Counted from the stretch's first letter, positions 1 to 9,522 are shown. The stretch is 54,992 nucleotides of DNA from an uncultured Nitrospinaceae bacterium (GCA_964195835.1 CAXMTB010000002.1:1-54992); one strand, 5' to 3'. The notes: generated by a model not told the origin, from the sequence alone. Translations and numbers: made by a program.

Positions 1-243
1 TTTTTTCAAGAGCCCTGAAGACTTGTAAAGGGATACCGCCCTGGAAAGATCTGAGTCGTTTATATCTGATGAACTCAAATTTTCTTCTCTGATCCTCTCA
101 TATATTTCCTGGCGATGAATTTCAATGTGTTTAGGTGCTTCAATTCCAAGCTTAACCTGTGTTCCTTTTATTTCAACCAGCGTGACCGTAATATCATCGC
201 CGATATTGATCTTTTCACCCAACTTCCGTGTTAGTATAAGCAT
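1..243 (-). CDS. csrA: carbon storage regulator CsrA (3' end cut by window edge)
   Basis: Manual translation from ATG at 243: [55 protein letters not shown]..., the canonical CsrA/RsmA N-terminus. 81 codons run in frame to position 1 with no stop. Not in the ORF track because it is truncated. Confidence 0.9.
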   Translation of the reverse strand, partial: MLILTRKLGEKINIGDDITVTLVEIKGTQVKLGIEAPKHIEIHRQEIYERIREENLSSSDINDSDLSRAVSLYKSSGLLKK

Positions 244-278
244 AGCCCATCCATGGCATCTATTAGTCTGTTATTAAA

Positions 279-1148
279 CTATTTTAAATAATCCACCAGA
301 GTCAACAATGTCATCACTTTAGATGAAGAGGCCAAGGCAGCCTGGTAGGTGAGTTCTGCCGCCGATAAATTCATGATGGCCTCGGCAATATCTGCATCCT
401 CAATTTTTGAAAGCCTTTCCGTATTGGAAAAGTTTAAATCCTGAAGAATATTATCCTTAATTTCCATACGATTCATTTTTGAGCCAACATCTGATATTTT
501 GGCTGAAATATCTTCAAAGTGACCGTCCAGATCACCCATCGCAACCTGAATACCGCCAACATCATTGCTCTGGAGAGCGTCCTTCAAATCGATCAACGTG
601 TTAAAAACAGTACCGAACACTGCCTCACCGTCACTTCCGATCTCAACGGTGGAATTTTTGCTGATCTTTATCGCAAAAGCATTATTATCCCCATTGTAAG
701 TACCGTCCTGGTCAAATGGTACGGTGTCGGTTTTCGAACCGGCAAAAATATAATTACCTGCCACATCTGTATTTCCTAAAGAAACGATTTCATCCAGCAT
801 ATTTTGAACGGTTCCCGCTGCCGAAGACCGCTGGTCGGATCCGATTGTTGCATTGGCCATCTGAATACACAACACCTTTGTATCTGAAATGATATTCTGC
901 ACACTTGTCAGGGCGCTTTCAGATGTTGTGAGCCATGAATTTCCGTAACTGATATTGCGCCCCATCTGCTCAATGCTTGCAAGAGTTGACCTGATATTAA
1001 GAGACTGGGTAAGGCCCACAGGATCATCAGAAAGATTGTTGATACGCTTTCCGGTAGTGACAATTTCATTGGCCTTATTCAGTTCTTCGCTGATACTGCC
1101 AAGATTATACTTAACCGAATCATAAATGGCTTTGTTTGCGACTCTCAT
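279..1148 (-). CDS. flgL: flagellar hook-associated protein 3 FlgL
   Basis: 289 aa with flagellin-type terminal helices (NNLSDDPVG near the N-terminus, ADIAEAIMNLSAAELTYQAALASSSKV near the C-terminus). Directly follows flgK. GGAG lies 9 nt upstream of the ATG. Confidence 0.85.
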   Translation of the reverse strand: MRVANKAIYDSVKYNLGSISEELNKANEIVTTGKRINNLSDDPVGLTQSLNIRSTLASIEQMGRNISYGNSWLTTSESALTSVQNIISDTKVLCIQMANATIGSDQRSSAAGTVQNMLDEIVSLGNTDVAGNYIFAGSKTDTVPFDQDGTYNGDNNAFAIKISKNSTVEIGSDGEAVFGTVFNTLIDLKDALQSNDVGGIQVAMGDLDGHFEDISAKISDVGSKMNRMEIKDNILQDLNFSNTERLSKIEDADIAEAIMNLSAAELTYQAALASSSKVMTLLTLVDYLK

Positions 1149-1163
1149 ATAAAGTAGCTCCTT

Positions 1164-2957
1164 TTATTTCAATTCAAGCAGTGTATTGAGCATCTCATCG
1201 GCAACACCGATAAGCTTGGCCGCGGCTGCATAGGCATGCTGAAATTTTATGAGATTTGTCATCTCCTCATCAAGGGAAACTGCGGATATGCTGTCTCTGA
1301 TAGTGCTTAATTCATTTACCATCATCTCACCAAAGGACCGGTCTCTTGAAACACTTGCAGAGACAATTCCTATAGCACCTACCATAAAATGATAGTAATC
1401 TTCAATGGTTGAAATGATACTCCCTTGTGTATTTCCATTGACCCTGTCGCAGGTCCATTGTGAAATACTCACGGTTGCAGATTGCAGGTCCGTGATCGCC
1501 AAGGCGTTATTATTGTCACCTGACGCCATGGTTCCATCACTGCCAACCTGCGCTGCGGCAATGACGTTCTTATTCAAACTGATGGTATCATTAACCCCCA
1601 TGTCTCCGGAACCGGAACCCGTGAAAAAAGCATTGATTCCAAAAGCCGCGAGAACATTTGAATTGTCATCAGAAAATGCCAGGGAGCCGAGGGTTGCGAT
1701 TTCTAGAGTATCTATGCTTATATTCAATCTGTTCTGGCTGTCAAGGGATGCTTGAACTCCTGTTCCATTATCAATGGCGGTCACAAGCTCATTTGTTGTC
1801 ATGCCGGAGGTAACTGTGATGGTAATAGGATTGCCCTGAAGTCCGGTTGTACCGGTATCAGCGTCATACGGATCACCATCGGTATCAAAAAGCCATATGT
1901 TGAATGTCTTGCTGCTATCATCGACTTTATCCTGATAGGATAAACCACTCGATGTAATTGCCGATCCAGGATTTGTTACCGCATATTTTCCAGTAACGGA
2001 ACTGAATCCTTCCAACCCCACCCCCTGACTATGCTGCTGGTTCACAGACCAGATAAATTCTTTCGCCAAAGCATCAAGATCCAATTGATTTTTGGCAATA
2101 ATCTCGTCTCGAATGTCAAGCCATCCGCCAAGTTTTCCATTGGTAAGATAGTTGGTGATATCAACATAACTGCCGCTGGAGTTCTGCCAGGTTACCCTGT
2201 CTCCATTGGTACCGCCCATCTCCAGTTCATAGTCGCTGTTTCCTTGAACCAGCGTACACCCTCTGGCCGCTACAATGGTTAACGAACCATCACTTTGTTC
2301 AAAAGCTTTTACGTCCAGATATTCATTGAGTTCTGAAACCAGGGTGTTGCGTTTATCTCTGAGATCATTTGCAACGTTATTTGCCTCCATACTGACAATC
2401 TGGCCATTGACCTTTGCGATTTCGTGTGTAATCTTATTTATCGTTTCTATTCCGGAAGTTACGGCACCGGTCAAATCCGTATCAAGCTGGATTAAGTCGG
2501 TTCCCAGAGCGTTAAATTGCTCTGAAAGAAGGACGCTTTGTTCATAAAGCGAAATTCTTTCCGAAACGCCTGAGGGGTTGTTAGAAATATCATACCATCC
2601 ATTCCAAAATTCGGATACCATTGTACTGATGCTGGTGCCGGAATTTTCATTAAAAAAGCCTTCCAGCACCTGCATGTATTTTTCCATCTCCGAGGAAGAT
2701 GACATGTTCGATTTTTCCTGCATGAGTTTGTTCTCTATAAGCTGGTCAACGGATCTGGACACCTGTTCCGTGTCTACCCCTCTGCCCAAGAGCAGTCCTC
2801 CGTACAGTAAGGGCTGTTTTGCCACAAGGACAGGGTTTTGCCGTGAATAACCTTCTGTATTCACATTGGCAATATTTTGAGCCGTCACCCCCATGCCATA
2901 CTGCTGGGCGCTTAAAGCAGTCGTAGCAATATTTAACACCATTCCTATACTTGACAT
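1164..2957 (-). CDS. flgK: flagellar hook-associated protein 1 FlgK
   Basis: 597 aa. The N-terminus (ALSAQQYGMGVTAQNIANVNTEGYSRQ) and C-terminus (SLDEEMTNLIKFQHAYAAAAKLI) are axial-protein signatures typical of FlgK. Confidence 0.9.
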   Translation of the reverse strand: MSSIGMVLNIATTALSAQQYGMGVTAQNIANVNTEGYSRQNPVLVAKQPLLYGGLLLGRGVDTEQVSRSVDQLIENKLMQEKSNMSSSSEMEKYMQVLEGFFNENSGTSISTMVSEFWNGWYDISNNPSGVSERISLYEQSVLLSEQFNALGTDLIQLDTDLTGAVTSGIETINKITHEIAKVNGQIVSMEANNVANDLRDKRNTLVSELNEYLDVKAFEQSDGSLTIVAARGCTLVQGNSDYELEMGGTNGDRVTWQNSSGSYVDITNYLTNGKLGGWLDIRDEIIAKNQLDLDALAKEFIWSVNQQHSQGVGLEGFSSVTGKYAVTNPGSAITSSGLSYQDKVDDSSKTFNIWLFDTDGDPYDADTGTTGLQGNPITITVTSGMTTNELVTAIDNGTGVQASLDSQNRLNISIDTLEIATLGSLAFSDDNSNVLAAFGINAFFTGSGSGDMGVNDTISLNKNVIAAAQVGSDGTMASGDNNNALAITDLQSATVSISQWTCDRVNGNTQGSIISTIEDYYHFMVGAIGIVSASVSRDRSFGEMMVNELSTIRDSISAVSLDEEMTNLIKFQHAYAAAAKLIGVADEMLNTLLELK

Positions 2958-2959
2958 GC

Positions 2960-3445
2960 TTAAACCTCTCTGGTCAGGAAAGAACGAGAACCGGATTTAT
3001 TAAAATGACATTTGTCATTGTAAATATGTCCGGAATCGGTCTCTCCTGTTATAATCGATATCATCTCATCCAGAAATTCCAGAGAATCATCGATATAGAG
3101 GATGTTTTGTTTCCTTAAGATCTCGATTTCGCCCTTTAGTTTTAAAATCCTTAAGTATAGCTTTTTAAATCTATCCGTGTATTTTCCGGGAATAAGATCC
3201 ATTACCAGGTTAAGATTAAAAGAGTCTTGTTCATTTTCCGGATTAACGGCGACAGACATCTCTCGCCTGATGGCTTTTATCTGGGCACATATCTCATCTT
3301 TTTCTTTAGATAAACTCCATAATTTATTGAGATTTATACTGATAAGTGATTTTCTCTCTTCTTCAAAACAATGAAGCAGATCATTGTAAAGCATGATCTT
3401 TTTGTAAAAAAGCTTTTCAATCGTATCAACGGTAAACGCCTCCAT
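2960..3445 (-). CDS. FlgN-like export chaperone (putative)
   Basis: 161-aa helical protein immediately upstream of flgK-flgL, matching the usual size and position of the FlgK/FlgL chaperone. AGGGAG RBS 7 nt upstream. Sequence-level assignment is weak. Confidence 0.5.
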   Translation of the reverse strand: MEAFTVDTIEKLFYKKIMLYNDLLHCFEEERKSLISINLNKLWSLSKEKDEICAQIKAIRREMSVAVNPENEQDSFNLNLVMDLIPGKYTDRFKKLYLRILKLKGEIEILRKQNILYIDDSLEFLDEMISIITGETDSGHIYNDKCHFNKSGSRSFLTREV

Positions 3446-3464
3446 AAATACACTCCCTATTCCA

Positions 3465-3493
3465 TTATCGGTCGTTTTTTTTGTTATCTAAAG
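3465..3493 (-). promoter_or_regulatory. possible sigma28 promoter for flgN-like-flgK-flgL-csrA
   Basis: The -10 element ACCGATAA is good (7/8). The -35 region is poor (CTTTAG). About 20 nt upstream of the flgN-like ATG. Confidence 0.35.
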
Positions 3494-3500
3494 TGCATAT

Positions 3501-3776
3501 TCAATCTTTTAAACTTTCAAAAAGCATCTTGCCAAGCCCCATACCTTTACCCTTTGCCATTCCAAGGGCAAGATTTTCGTCAAACATCGATCGAATAATC
3601 TTGCTTTCATTGCTGTTTCCCAAAAGACCATCTTCCGTAACGGCTGTCCTCATCGATTTCAACATATAGTTGACAAAAACAGCTTCAAACTCGGAGCAGG
3701 CTTTTTCGAGTCTTGCTTGACGAATGTCATTAGGTGCAATTGTAGTATTCTGAGTCGTATCAATTGCTTTTATCAT
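3501..3776 (-). CDS. flgJ: rod-binding protein (FlgJ N-terminal-domain-only)
   Basis: 91 aa with the rod-binding motif SEFEAVFVNYMLKSMR. No glucosaminidase or peptidase domain. Follows flgI. AAGGAG RBS. Confidence 0.75.
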   Translation of the reverse strand: MIKAIDTTQNTTIAPNDIRQARLEKACSEFEAVFVNYMLKSMRTAVTEDGLLGNSNESKIIRSMFDENLALGMAKGKGMGLGKMLFESLKD

Positions 3777-3791
3777 TCTTTATAATCTCCT

Positions 3792-4958
3792 TTATATAAT
3801 TTCGAGCTCGCCCTGAAGCGCACCCGCCGCTTTAATGGCCTGTAAAATAGTTATGAGATCCCTGGGGGTTACGCCAATTGCATTCAATGCGTTGACCAGT
3901 TCGCCGATGGTTCTTCCCTCTGGGATTAAAAGAAGCCGACTGTCTTCCTCAGCCACAGATACATGACTTTCGGGGGTAACCACTGTACTGCCGCCCGGTG
4001 CTACAACTGTACCGTCTTTCATCTGTTGTGGAGCAACCCCTCTACCTGATGGTGCAAAGGCTCTTGGCTGTGAAACATTCTTTTCCTCTTTTATTTGAAT
4101 GCTCAAATTTCCATGAGCAACGGCAACTCTTAGGATCCTGACATTTTCTCCAACCACAACCGTTCCGGTTTTTTCATTCACGATAACCTTAGCGATTGAA
4201 TCCGGCTTTACTTCGATTTCCCCAATTTGAGCGATTAAGCTGACGATGTTATTATTGAATTTTTCAGGGATTTTAAATTCCAAGGTGCCTGAGTCCATTG
4301 GTGTAGCAATACGCGCTTGCATCTGTGCATTAACGGCATTGGCAACCCTGTTGGCTGTATTAAAGTCTGGATTATTTAATAGAATTGTCAGTTCTTTTTT
4401 ATCCATTACTGAAAGAGGAATCTCCTTTTCTATGGTCGCTCCCCCACTGATTCTTCCTGCCGTGGTATGATTTTTCGCGACCCCTCCCCCTGCAGCACCG
4501 CCGGCGGCATAACCACCAATGACCACGGGGCCCTGAGCCAAGGCATAAACTTTGTTATCCACACCTTTCAAAGGTGTCAATAAAAGCGTACCTCCCAGCA
4601 GGCTTTTTGCGTCACCGATGGATGACAGGGTAACATCGATTTTTTGCCCGATTCTTGCAAAAGGCGGCATTTTTGCACTCACAACCACTGCAGCAACATT
4701 TTTTGCTTTTATATCTTCAGGATTGACGTGGATTCCCATATGTTCCAGCATATTCGCCAGACCCTGCTGAGTAAAAGTGCTCCCCCCTTTATCCCCACTG
4801 CCAAAGAGACCAACAATCAGACCATATCCAAAAAGCTGATTTTGTCTGATACCTTTAATTGATGAAATATCCTTTATCCTCGCAGAATAACCTGCAGAGG
4901 GTCCAATAAAGCACAAAAGCAACACTATGAGTGATATTTTCTTAAAACGGCCATACAT
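3792..4958 (-). CDS. flgI: flagellar P-ring protein FlgI
   Basis: 388 aa with a signal peptide. Contains typical FlgI blocks: RIKDISSIKGIRQNQLFGYGLIVGL and C-terminal LVNALNAIGVTPRDLITILQAIKAAGAL. Confidence 0.95.
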   Translation of the reverse strand: MYGRFKKISLIVLLLCFIGPSAGYSARIKDISSIKGIRQNQLFGYGLIVGLFGSGDKGGSTFTQQGLANMLEHMGIHVNPEDIKAKNVAAVVVSAKMPPFARIGQKIDVTLSSIGDAKSLLGGTLLLTPLKGVDNKVYALAQGPVVIGGYAAGGAAGGGVAKNHTTAGRISGGATIEKEIPLSVMDKKELTILLNNPDFNTANRVANAVNAQMQARIATPMDSGTLEFKIPEKFNNNIVSLIAQIGEIEVKPDSIAKVIVNEKTGTVVVGENVRILRVAVAHGNLSIQIKEEKNVSQPRAFAPSGRGVAPQQMKDGTVVAPGGSTVVTPESHVSVAEEDSRLLLIPEGRTIGELVNALNAIGVTPRDLITILQAIKAAGALQGELEII

Positions 4959-5658
4959 AATCCAATACCCTCCCTAACCATCCGACTCTTTGCTTGTCTG
5001 CCACAGGACCGCTGCCGGAATATGTGATCTTTGCATCAGCAATAAATGTAGATGAGACTTCATTTGACGAAGTTATATCATTCGGTCTCACGACGCCAGA
5101 CAATGTTATATACTGTGTTTCATGGTTAACCCTGATTTCCCTTTGTCCACTGATATACAGGTTGCCGTTGAAAAGGACCTTTTCAACCACTGCAGAAATA
5201 TATGCCTTGACATGTCCGTCCCTGTCGGTTGAACCTTTCCCATCAAATTTCGTTCCCAAGGATGCCAGTATCAAATCATCTGTTCCCGGATCTTGAGCAA
5301 GTCTGGAATTCTTTTCTGCAAGCGCCTTCATGTAACCCAAAAATTTGAGCTGCGATGCTTGTATGGCTGAAGACCGACTTGTATTGGTATTTGCATTTAA
5401 TTCTGCTTCCGGATCCTCCACGACCCTCACAATAACAGGATCCCCTACTCTTCTTGCCTTAATATCAGGAAACAGGCTAACACCGGATATTTCCGACCAC
5501 AATGATCCTTCTTCCGGCCTTGGAGGCTCATAAACATCAAATTTAGGTTTTTGAATCTGGGCTGTTTCCTTCATTTGAGTGGGTTTTTTAGATAGACCCG
5601 CACAACCGGTTAGAAATATGAACGTTATACACAAAAGTAAGTATCTTCTATCTGCCAT
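4942..5658 (-). CDS. flgH: flagellar L-ring lipoprotein FlgH
   Basis: 238 aa. Lipobox LTGCAG. FlgH blocks GSLWS, DIKARRVGDPVIVRV and YISGQREIRVNHETQYITLSGVVRPNDI. Confidence 0.95.
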   Translation of the reverse strand: MADRRYLLLCITFIFLTGCAGLSKKPTQMKETAQIQKPKFDVYEPPRPEEGSLWSEISGVSLFPDIKARRVGDPVIVRVVEDPEAELNANTNTSRSSAIQASQLKFLGYMKALAEKNSRLAQDPGTDDLILASLGTKFDGKGSTDRDGHVKAYISAVVEKVLFNGNLYISGQREIRVNHETQYITLSGVVRPNDITSSNEVSSTFIADAKITYSGSGPVADKQRVGWLGRVLDYVWPF

Positions 5659-5674
5659 GGTACTCTCCTATTAT

Positions 5675-6430
5675 CTAAAAATCTACCGCCACCATTGAGC
5701 CGTTAACGACCTTGGCGTAAATCTCTTTTTTACTCATTAGATTTTGAACTTTTACAAGCTCACCGGCATAACCTTTCATCAAAACTTTTCCGGGAGCAGT
5801 CACCTTAATATCTCCGGATTCGGCTATTATTGTAACGATGTCTCCCTTATCCACAATTGGAAATTTTTCAAACATCCATTCTTTAAGGCTGGCATCTTTT
5901 TTTACGTTATGCTTTGCCATGAAACCGATGATCTTATTCATATCAGTTAGAATCTTCGAAGATATATGAGATATATTTCTTTTTACAAAGTAAAGATCCT
6001 CTTTGCTTATCCTCTCTCCTCTTTTTAGATCACGAGAAGCACAAACTACAGGCTGAAATATATCAACCCAACCGGATAGTTTAACTTTATTTTTTACCAC
6101 ATCATTTATCTTAACCACGACGATTAAGCTGACATGTCCTTCAAGTCTTCTTTTACCTTTTTGATACGACTGAAAACCGATCGTTCCGGCAGGCACGGGC
6201 ACATTGCCGGTTATCTTCAGTCTGGATATAACCACATCGCAACCTTGGTTGTTTAAATTTCGATAAAGATATTTCTGAAAGATTTCTCCGAATTTGGTCT
6301 CCGGTATGGTTTGGTAACTTTGATGGGAGACAATCTGAGGATCACTTTTACTGATTGCCGCACCCATTGAAGCCGAATAAAGCCCTAAAATACAGAGGAA
6401 AATAAATATTTTACATATGTTTTTATTCAT
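5675..6430 (-). CDS. flgA: P-ring assembly chaperone FlgA
   Basis: 251 aa with a signal peptide and a C-terminal SAF-like region (VDKGDIVTIIAESGDIKVTAPGKVLMKGYAGELVKVQN). Located between flgG and flgH. Confidence 0.75.
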   Translation of the reverse strand: MNKNICKIFIFLCILGLYSASMGAAISKSDPQIVSHQSYQTIPETKFGEIFQKYLYRNLNNQGCDVVISRLKITGNVPVPAGTIGFQSYQKGKRRLEGHVSLIVVVKINDVVKNKVKLSGWVDIFQPVVCASRDLKRGERISKEDLYFVKRNISHISSKILTDMNKIIGFMAKHNVKKDASLKEWMFEKFPIVDKGDIVTIIAESGDIKVTAPGKVLMKGYAGELVKVQNLMSKKEIYAKVVNGSMVAVDF

Positions 6431-6438
6431 CTTCTTAA

Positions 6439-7221
6439 TTACCTTGAAATATTGTTTACTATGGCCAGCATTTCGTCCGCTGTTTTTATTGCCTTACTGT
6501 TAATCTCATAAGCCCTTTGTGCCATAATCATGTCAACCATCTCTTTCACAACATCCACATTAGAACTTTCAACAAACCCCTGAGCAATTGTACCCATACC
6601 CTCTGAACCCGGTGTGCCGTTTACGGCCTCTCCCGAAGCATCCGTGGATCCGTATAGATTATGGCCACGGCTGAAAAGTCCTGCCGGATTCGCGAATGAA
6701 TATAATTCTATTGTTCCAAGGGAAGCGCCAACGCCGTCGGGGTCAAAGGCAGTTACCGTACCATCACCATCAATCTTAATGGTCACTGTCTCGGCTGGAA
6801 CCGTCATCTCCGGTTGTAACTTGTCTCCATTGGGAGTCACAATATTTCTATCGGCATCCATTTTAAAGTTCCCTGAACGGGTATAGAGCTCTTCTTCACT
6901 GCTAAGCACCTTAAAAAAACCCCTCCCTTCAATTGCCATATCCAGCTCATTTTGCGTCTGTTGAAAATCACCCTGCGTAAATTCCTTGTGAACACCAATA
7001 GGCATTGTTCCCATGCCGACCTGTATACCAACTGGAATCTGGTCTCCGGAAGCTGTTTCAGACCCGGCCTGATTCACCGTTTGATACATGAGGTCTTGAA
7101 AATCCGTCCGACTCTTTTTGAAACCCACTGTGTTTACGTTTGCCAGGTTATTTGCAATAACATCAATGTTCATTTTCTGAGCAGCCATTCCTGAAGCTGC
7201 GGACCACAGTCCTCTTAACAT
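6439..7221 (-). CDS. flgG: distal rod protein FlgG
   Basis: 260 aa. N-terminus MLRGLWSAASGMAAQKMNIDVIANNLANVNTVGFK and C-terminus SNVDVVKEMVDMIMAQRAYEINSKAIKTADEML are classic FlgG. Confidence 0.95.
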   Translation of the reverse strand: MLRGLWSAASGMAAQKMNIDVIANNLANVNTVGFKKSRTDFQDLMYQTVNQAGSETASGDQIPVGIQVGMGTMPIGVHKEFTQGDFQQTQNELDMAIEGRGFFKVLSSEEELYTRSGNFKMDADRNIVTPNGDKLQPEMTVPAETVTIKIDGDGTVTAFDPDGVGASLGTIELYSFANPAGLFSRGHNLYGSTDASGEAVNGTPGSEGMGTIAQGFVESSNVDVVKEMVDMIMAQRAYEINSKAIKTADEMLAIVNNISR

Positions 7222-7236
7222 GATTTTCTCCTTATT

Positions 7237-7923
7237 TTATTGAACTGAACCATAATCATTAACCATTTTACCGGTTAATGCGTCAATGGACTGAATCGCC
7301 TTTTCCACTGACTCAAAGGCCCTATATGTCTCTATCATTTTAACCATTTCCTGCGTTGGATTAACATTCGAACTTTCCGAATATTTCTGTTGAATCTCGG
7401 CATCGGGCACTGTTGTTATCCCTTTGTTTTCTCCCTGATAAGAATAATATGATCCGCCTTCTTTTCTAAGGAGCTTAGGATCATCAAAATCAACAACAAG
7501 TATTTTATCCACCGATTCATTATTCACCACAACTTGTCCATCTCTACCTATATTCACCTCACCGTTCTCTACGGTTATGGGGCCGTTTTCTCCCAAAACT
7601 GTATCTCCATTCCCTGTCACCAAGGTCCCCTGTGCATTGATGGAAAATGCGCCATCTCTCGTATATTTTAATCCATTGGGAGTTTCTACTTTGAAAAAAC
7701 CTTTGGAGCTTAATGCCACATCGAGCTCATTCCCCGTATATTTTAAAGGACCCTGGGAGAAGTCTGTGTTGGAAATACTTTGCATACCGAGTGCCTCATA
7801 AAAAGATAAGACATCTTTCTTAAAACCATTGGTATTACTATTGGCCATGTTATTTGCTATGGTTTCGAATCTCAGTTTCTGAGTCATGGAACCATCAATT
7901 AAATTATGGATGCCGGATATCAT
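7237..7923 (-). CDS. flgF: proximal rod protein FlgF
   Basis: 228 aa rod-family protein (IANNMANSNTNGFKKD; C-terminus SNVNPTQEMVKMIETYRAFE) immediately upstream of flgG. AAGGAG RBS. Confidence 0.85.
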   Translation of the reverse strand: MISGIHNLIDGSMTQKLRFETIANNMANSNTNGFKKDVLSFYEALGMQSISNTDFSQGPLKYTGNELDVALSSKGFFKVETPNGLKYTRDGAFSINAQGTLVTGNGDTVLGENGPITVENGEVNIGRDGQVVVNNESVDKILVVDFDDPKLLRKEGGSYYSYQGENKGITTVPDAEIQQKYSESSNVNPTQEMVKMIETYRAFESVEKAIQSIDALTGKMVNDYGSVQ

Positions 7924-7955
7924 TTTTTTCTCCTTTTTCTTTTTATGACTTATAA

Positions 7956-7971
7956 AGCAATATCAATGCCA
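7956..7971 (-). promoter_or_regulatory. sigma54 (-24/-12) promoter for flgF-flgG-flgA-flgH-flgI-flgJ
   Basis: The minus strand reads TGGCAT-TGATA-TTGCT, with GG and GC at correct spacing. Located about 33 nt upstream of the flgF ATG. Confidence 0.75.
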
Positions 7972-8157
7972 AATTATCCATGGGATGCAATATTACATAA
8001 CCAATTGTTTATATTAGAATATAATCTATAGCATGTGATGTATGTTTTTGTGGCGAGGAGGAAAAAAATGCCCATTGGAATTTTTTACCGTTTTTCAAGA
8101 TTGTATGTAAAGATTCAGGTATGAATTAATCGATGCAGATATTATATGTGATGAAAT

Positions 8158-8436
8158 TTAGAGTCGTGACATATTCTTATTAAGAGAATATATAAACGCC
8201 AGAAGTTCTGCCACAACAAGATAAAGATCCGGCGGGATCTCGTCGTTTATGTCAAGTTGTGACAAAACCTCTATCAGATCGGGGTCTTCGTGAATGTAAA
8301 TATCATGTTCTTTTGCAATCTTGATAATTTTTTCAGCAATCTTCCCTTTGCCCTTGGCCGTAACTCTGGGGGCACTGTCTGATTCGGGCTGATACTTTAG
8401 GCTAACAGCACTGCTTTTTCTTGGTTTTTGTTTCAT
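8158..8436 (-). CDS. stand-alone FlhB C-terminal-subdomain paralogue (FlhX-like)
   Basis: 92 aa. AVSLKYQPESDSAPRVTAKGKGKIAEKIIKIAKEHDIYIHED...IPPDLYLVVAELLAFIYSL aligns with FlhB of this window from just after NPTH (LAVALKYDSS..APKLIAKGSRKIAQKIKDVASEHGIPILEN..IPPELYQTVAELLAYIYRL). It has no NPTH motif and no TM region. Confidence 0.8.
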   Translation of the reverse strand: MKQKPRKSSAVSLKYQPESDSAPRVTAKGKGKIAEKIIKIAKEHDIYIHEDPDLIEVLSQLDINDEIPPDLYLVVAELLAFIYSLNKNMSRL

Positions 8437-9522
8437 TCAAGCCACCAGGCTAATGTTATGGCCTTCCTTGTGAATAATCTCTTTGATCAGTGTATCTTCT
8501 ATCTCCACGGGTTCTTTCATATGACATTCAAAATGAGAAATGACAAAGCCCTTTTTTTCAAGCGTCTTTATTAAAGATGGAAGCTGTTTTTCAATGATGT
8601 TCTTCGTTTTTTCTTCAACGATTAAAAATCGCCCATTGATCTGTTTTTCTCTGACCACAAGATCAGCTCTTAGCGGCCCAAGACTTGTCATTTCTAATAA
8701 AAAACTTATTTTGAAAAAGTCCTTGTCTTTTTCTTTTCCGTCACCATCTTTTTTTTTATTTTCATTAAAATGTATCAACAATTGGCCTATAGAAAAAAGA
8801 CCATCAGGAAATTGAAACGGTATGGGAATGAAGATTTTTCTTTCTTGTTCAAGTCCCGACTGATTAAGAAGCTGAAGATTTTCTATCGTGGATACAAACC
8901 TTTTGAAAAGATCATTTTGTCCTTCCATTAAAGAAATAAATTTTGATCCAAGGCCTTTTAAATCACTTGCTATAAGTTCATTAATATCTGTTTTACTATA
9001 ATTTATTTTAGAAGTGATTATTTCTCTTAGTTTTGCCTCCCATCCGATTCCTGATTTGTCAATAAGTTCTCTCAATAAATCCGGGTTTGGCTTTAAAAAT
9101 AGTTTTTTCGATATATCATCCATCAACTCTTTAAACAGCTTTTTATCATTGTCGGGAAGTATGCAATGATCAATATTTTCAATGACTGTTTTCCACAAAT
9201 TCTTCTTTAATCCGGTCAGTATCATAGAAGTATTTATCGTTTCAATATTTTTATTTATTGTTCCCACAAGCTTGAGCACTGGATTTGGGTGAACTTCTTC
9301 AACTTTTAAGGATATAACACTGCCTTCCCTTAAAGGCATATGTGTTTTCGCCATTATCCTTTTTCCTTTAATAAGCAACAGGACGTTATTTAAAGAAGAG
9401 GATTTTAGAACCTTACCCTTAACAATTTCGTTTTCGACTAATTTGGGATAAAGAGTGGTATTATCCACCGATTGGAGTGATATCTTAGACGAGGATACTG
9501 TTGAATAACCTGCTTTATTCAA
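8437..9522 (-). CDS. FliK-like hook-length-control paralogue (putative)
   Basis: 361 aa. The C-terminal block ISFLLEMTSLGPLRADLVVREKQINGRFLIVEEKTKNIIEKQLPSLIKTLEKKGF follows the same pattern as the Flg_hook domain of the bona fide FliK (LKPSGLGTVRIKMDIKDHTLRLSMTAEHHSVKELLLNKIHELKEALVQHGV). The start is TTG, overlapping the upstream stop (TTGA). Confidence 0.5.
   Translation of the reverse strand: MNKAGYSTVSSSKISLQSVDNTTLYPKLVENEIVKGKVLKSSSLNNVLLLIKGKRIMAKTHMPLREGSVISLKVEEVHPNPVLKLVGTINKNIETINTSMILTGLKKNLWKTVIENIDHCILPDNDKKLFKELMDDISKKLFLKPNPDLLRELIDKSGIGWEAKLREIITSKINYSKTDINELIASDLKGLGSKFISLMEGQNDLFKRFVSTIENLQLLNQSGLEQERKIFIPIPFQFPDGLFSIGQLLIHFNENKKKDGDGKEKDKDFFKISFLLEMTSLGPLRADLVVREKQINGRFLIVEEKTKNIIEKQLPSLIKTLEKKGFVISHFECHMKEPVEIEDTLIKEIIHKEGHNISLVA

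Noticed and set aside
519-2850. Plus-strand ORFs from the track inside flgL and flgK (519-779, 1405-1755, 1752-1943, 2031-2282, 2275-2547, 2578-2850), and the analogous antisense ORFs inside nearly every other flagellar gene
   Set aside because: They lie fully within, and antisense to, genes with unmistakable flagellar protein sequences. Their translations are low-complexity, with no RBS and no motifs. They are typical shadow ORFs.
8068-8124. Plus-strand 18-codon ORF (MPIGIFYRFSRLYVKIQV) with a strong GAGGAGG 6 nt upstream, in the flhX-like/flgF gap
   Set aside because: Too short, opposite to all neighbours, and with no supporting promoter or terminator. On the minus strand the same purine-rich run is just the pyrimidine tract TTTTTTTCCTCCTCGCC.
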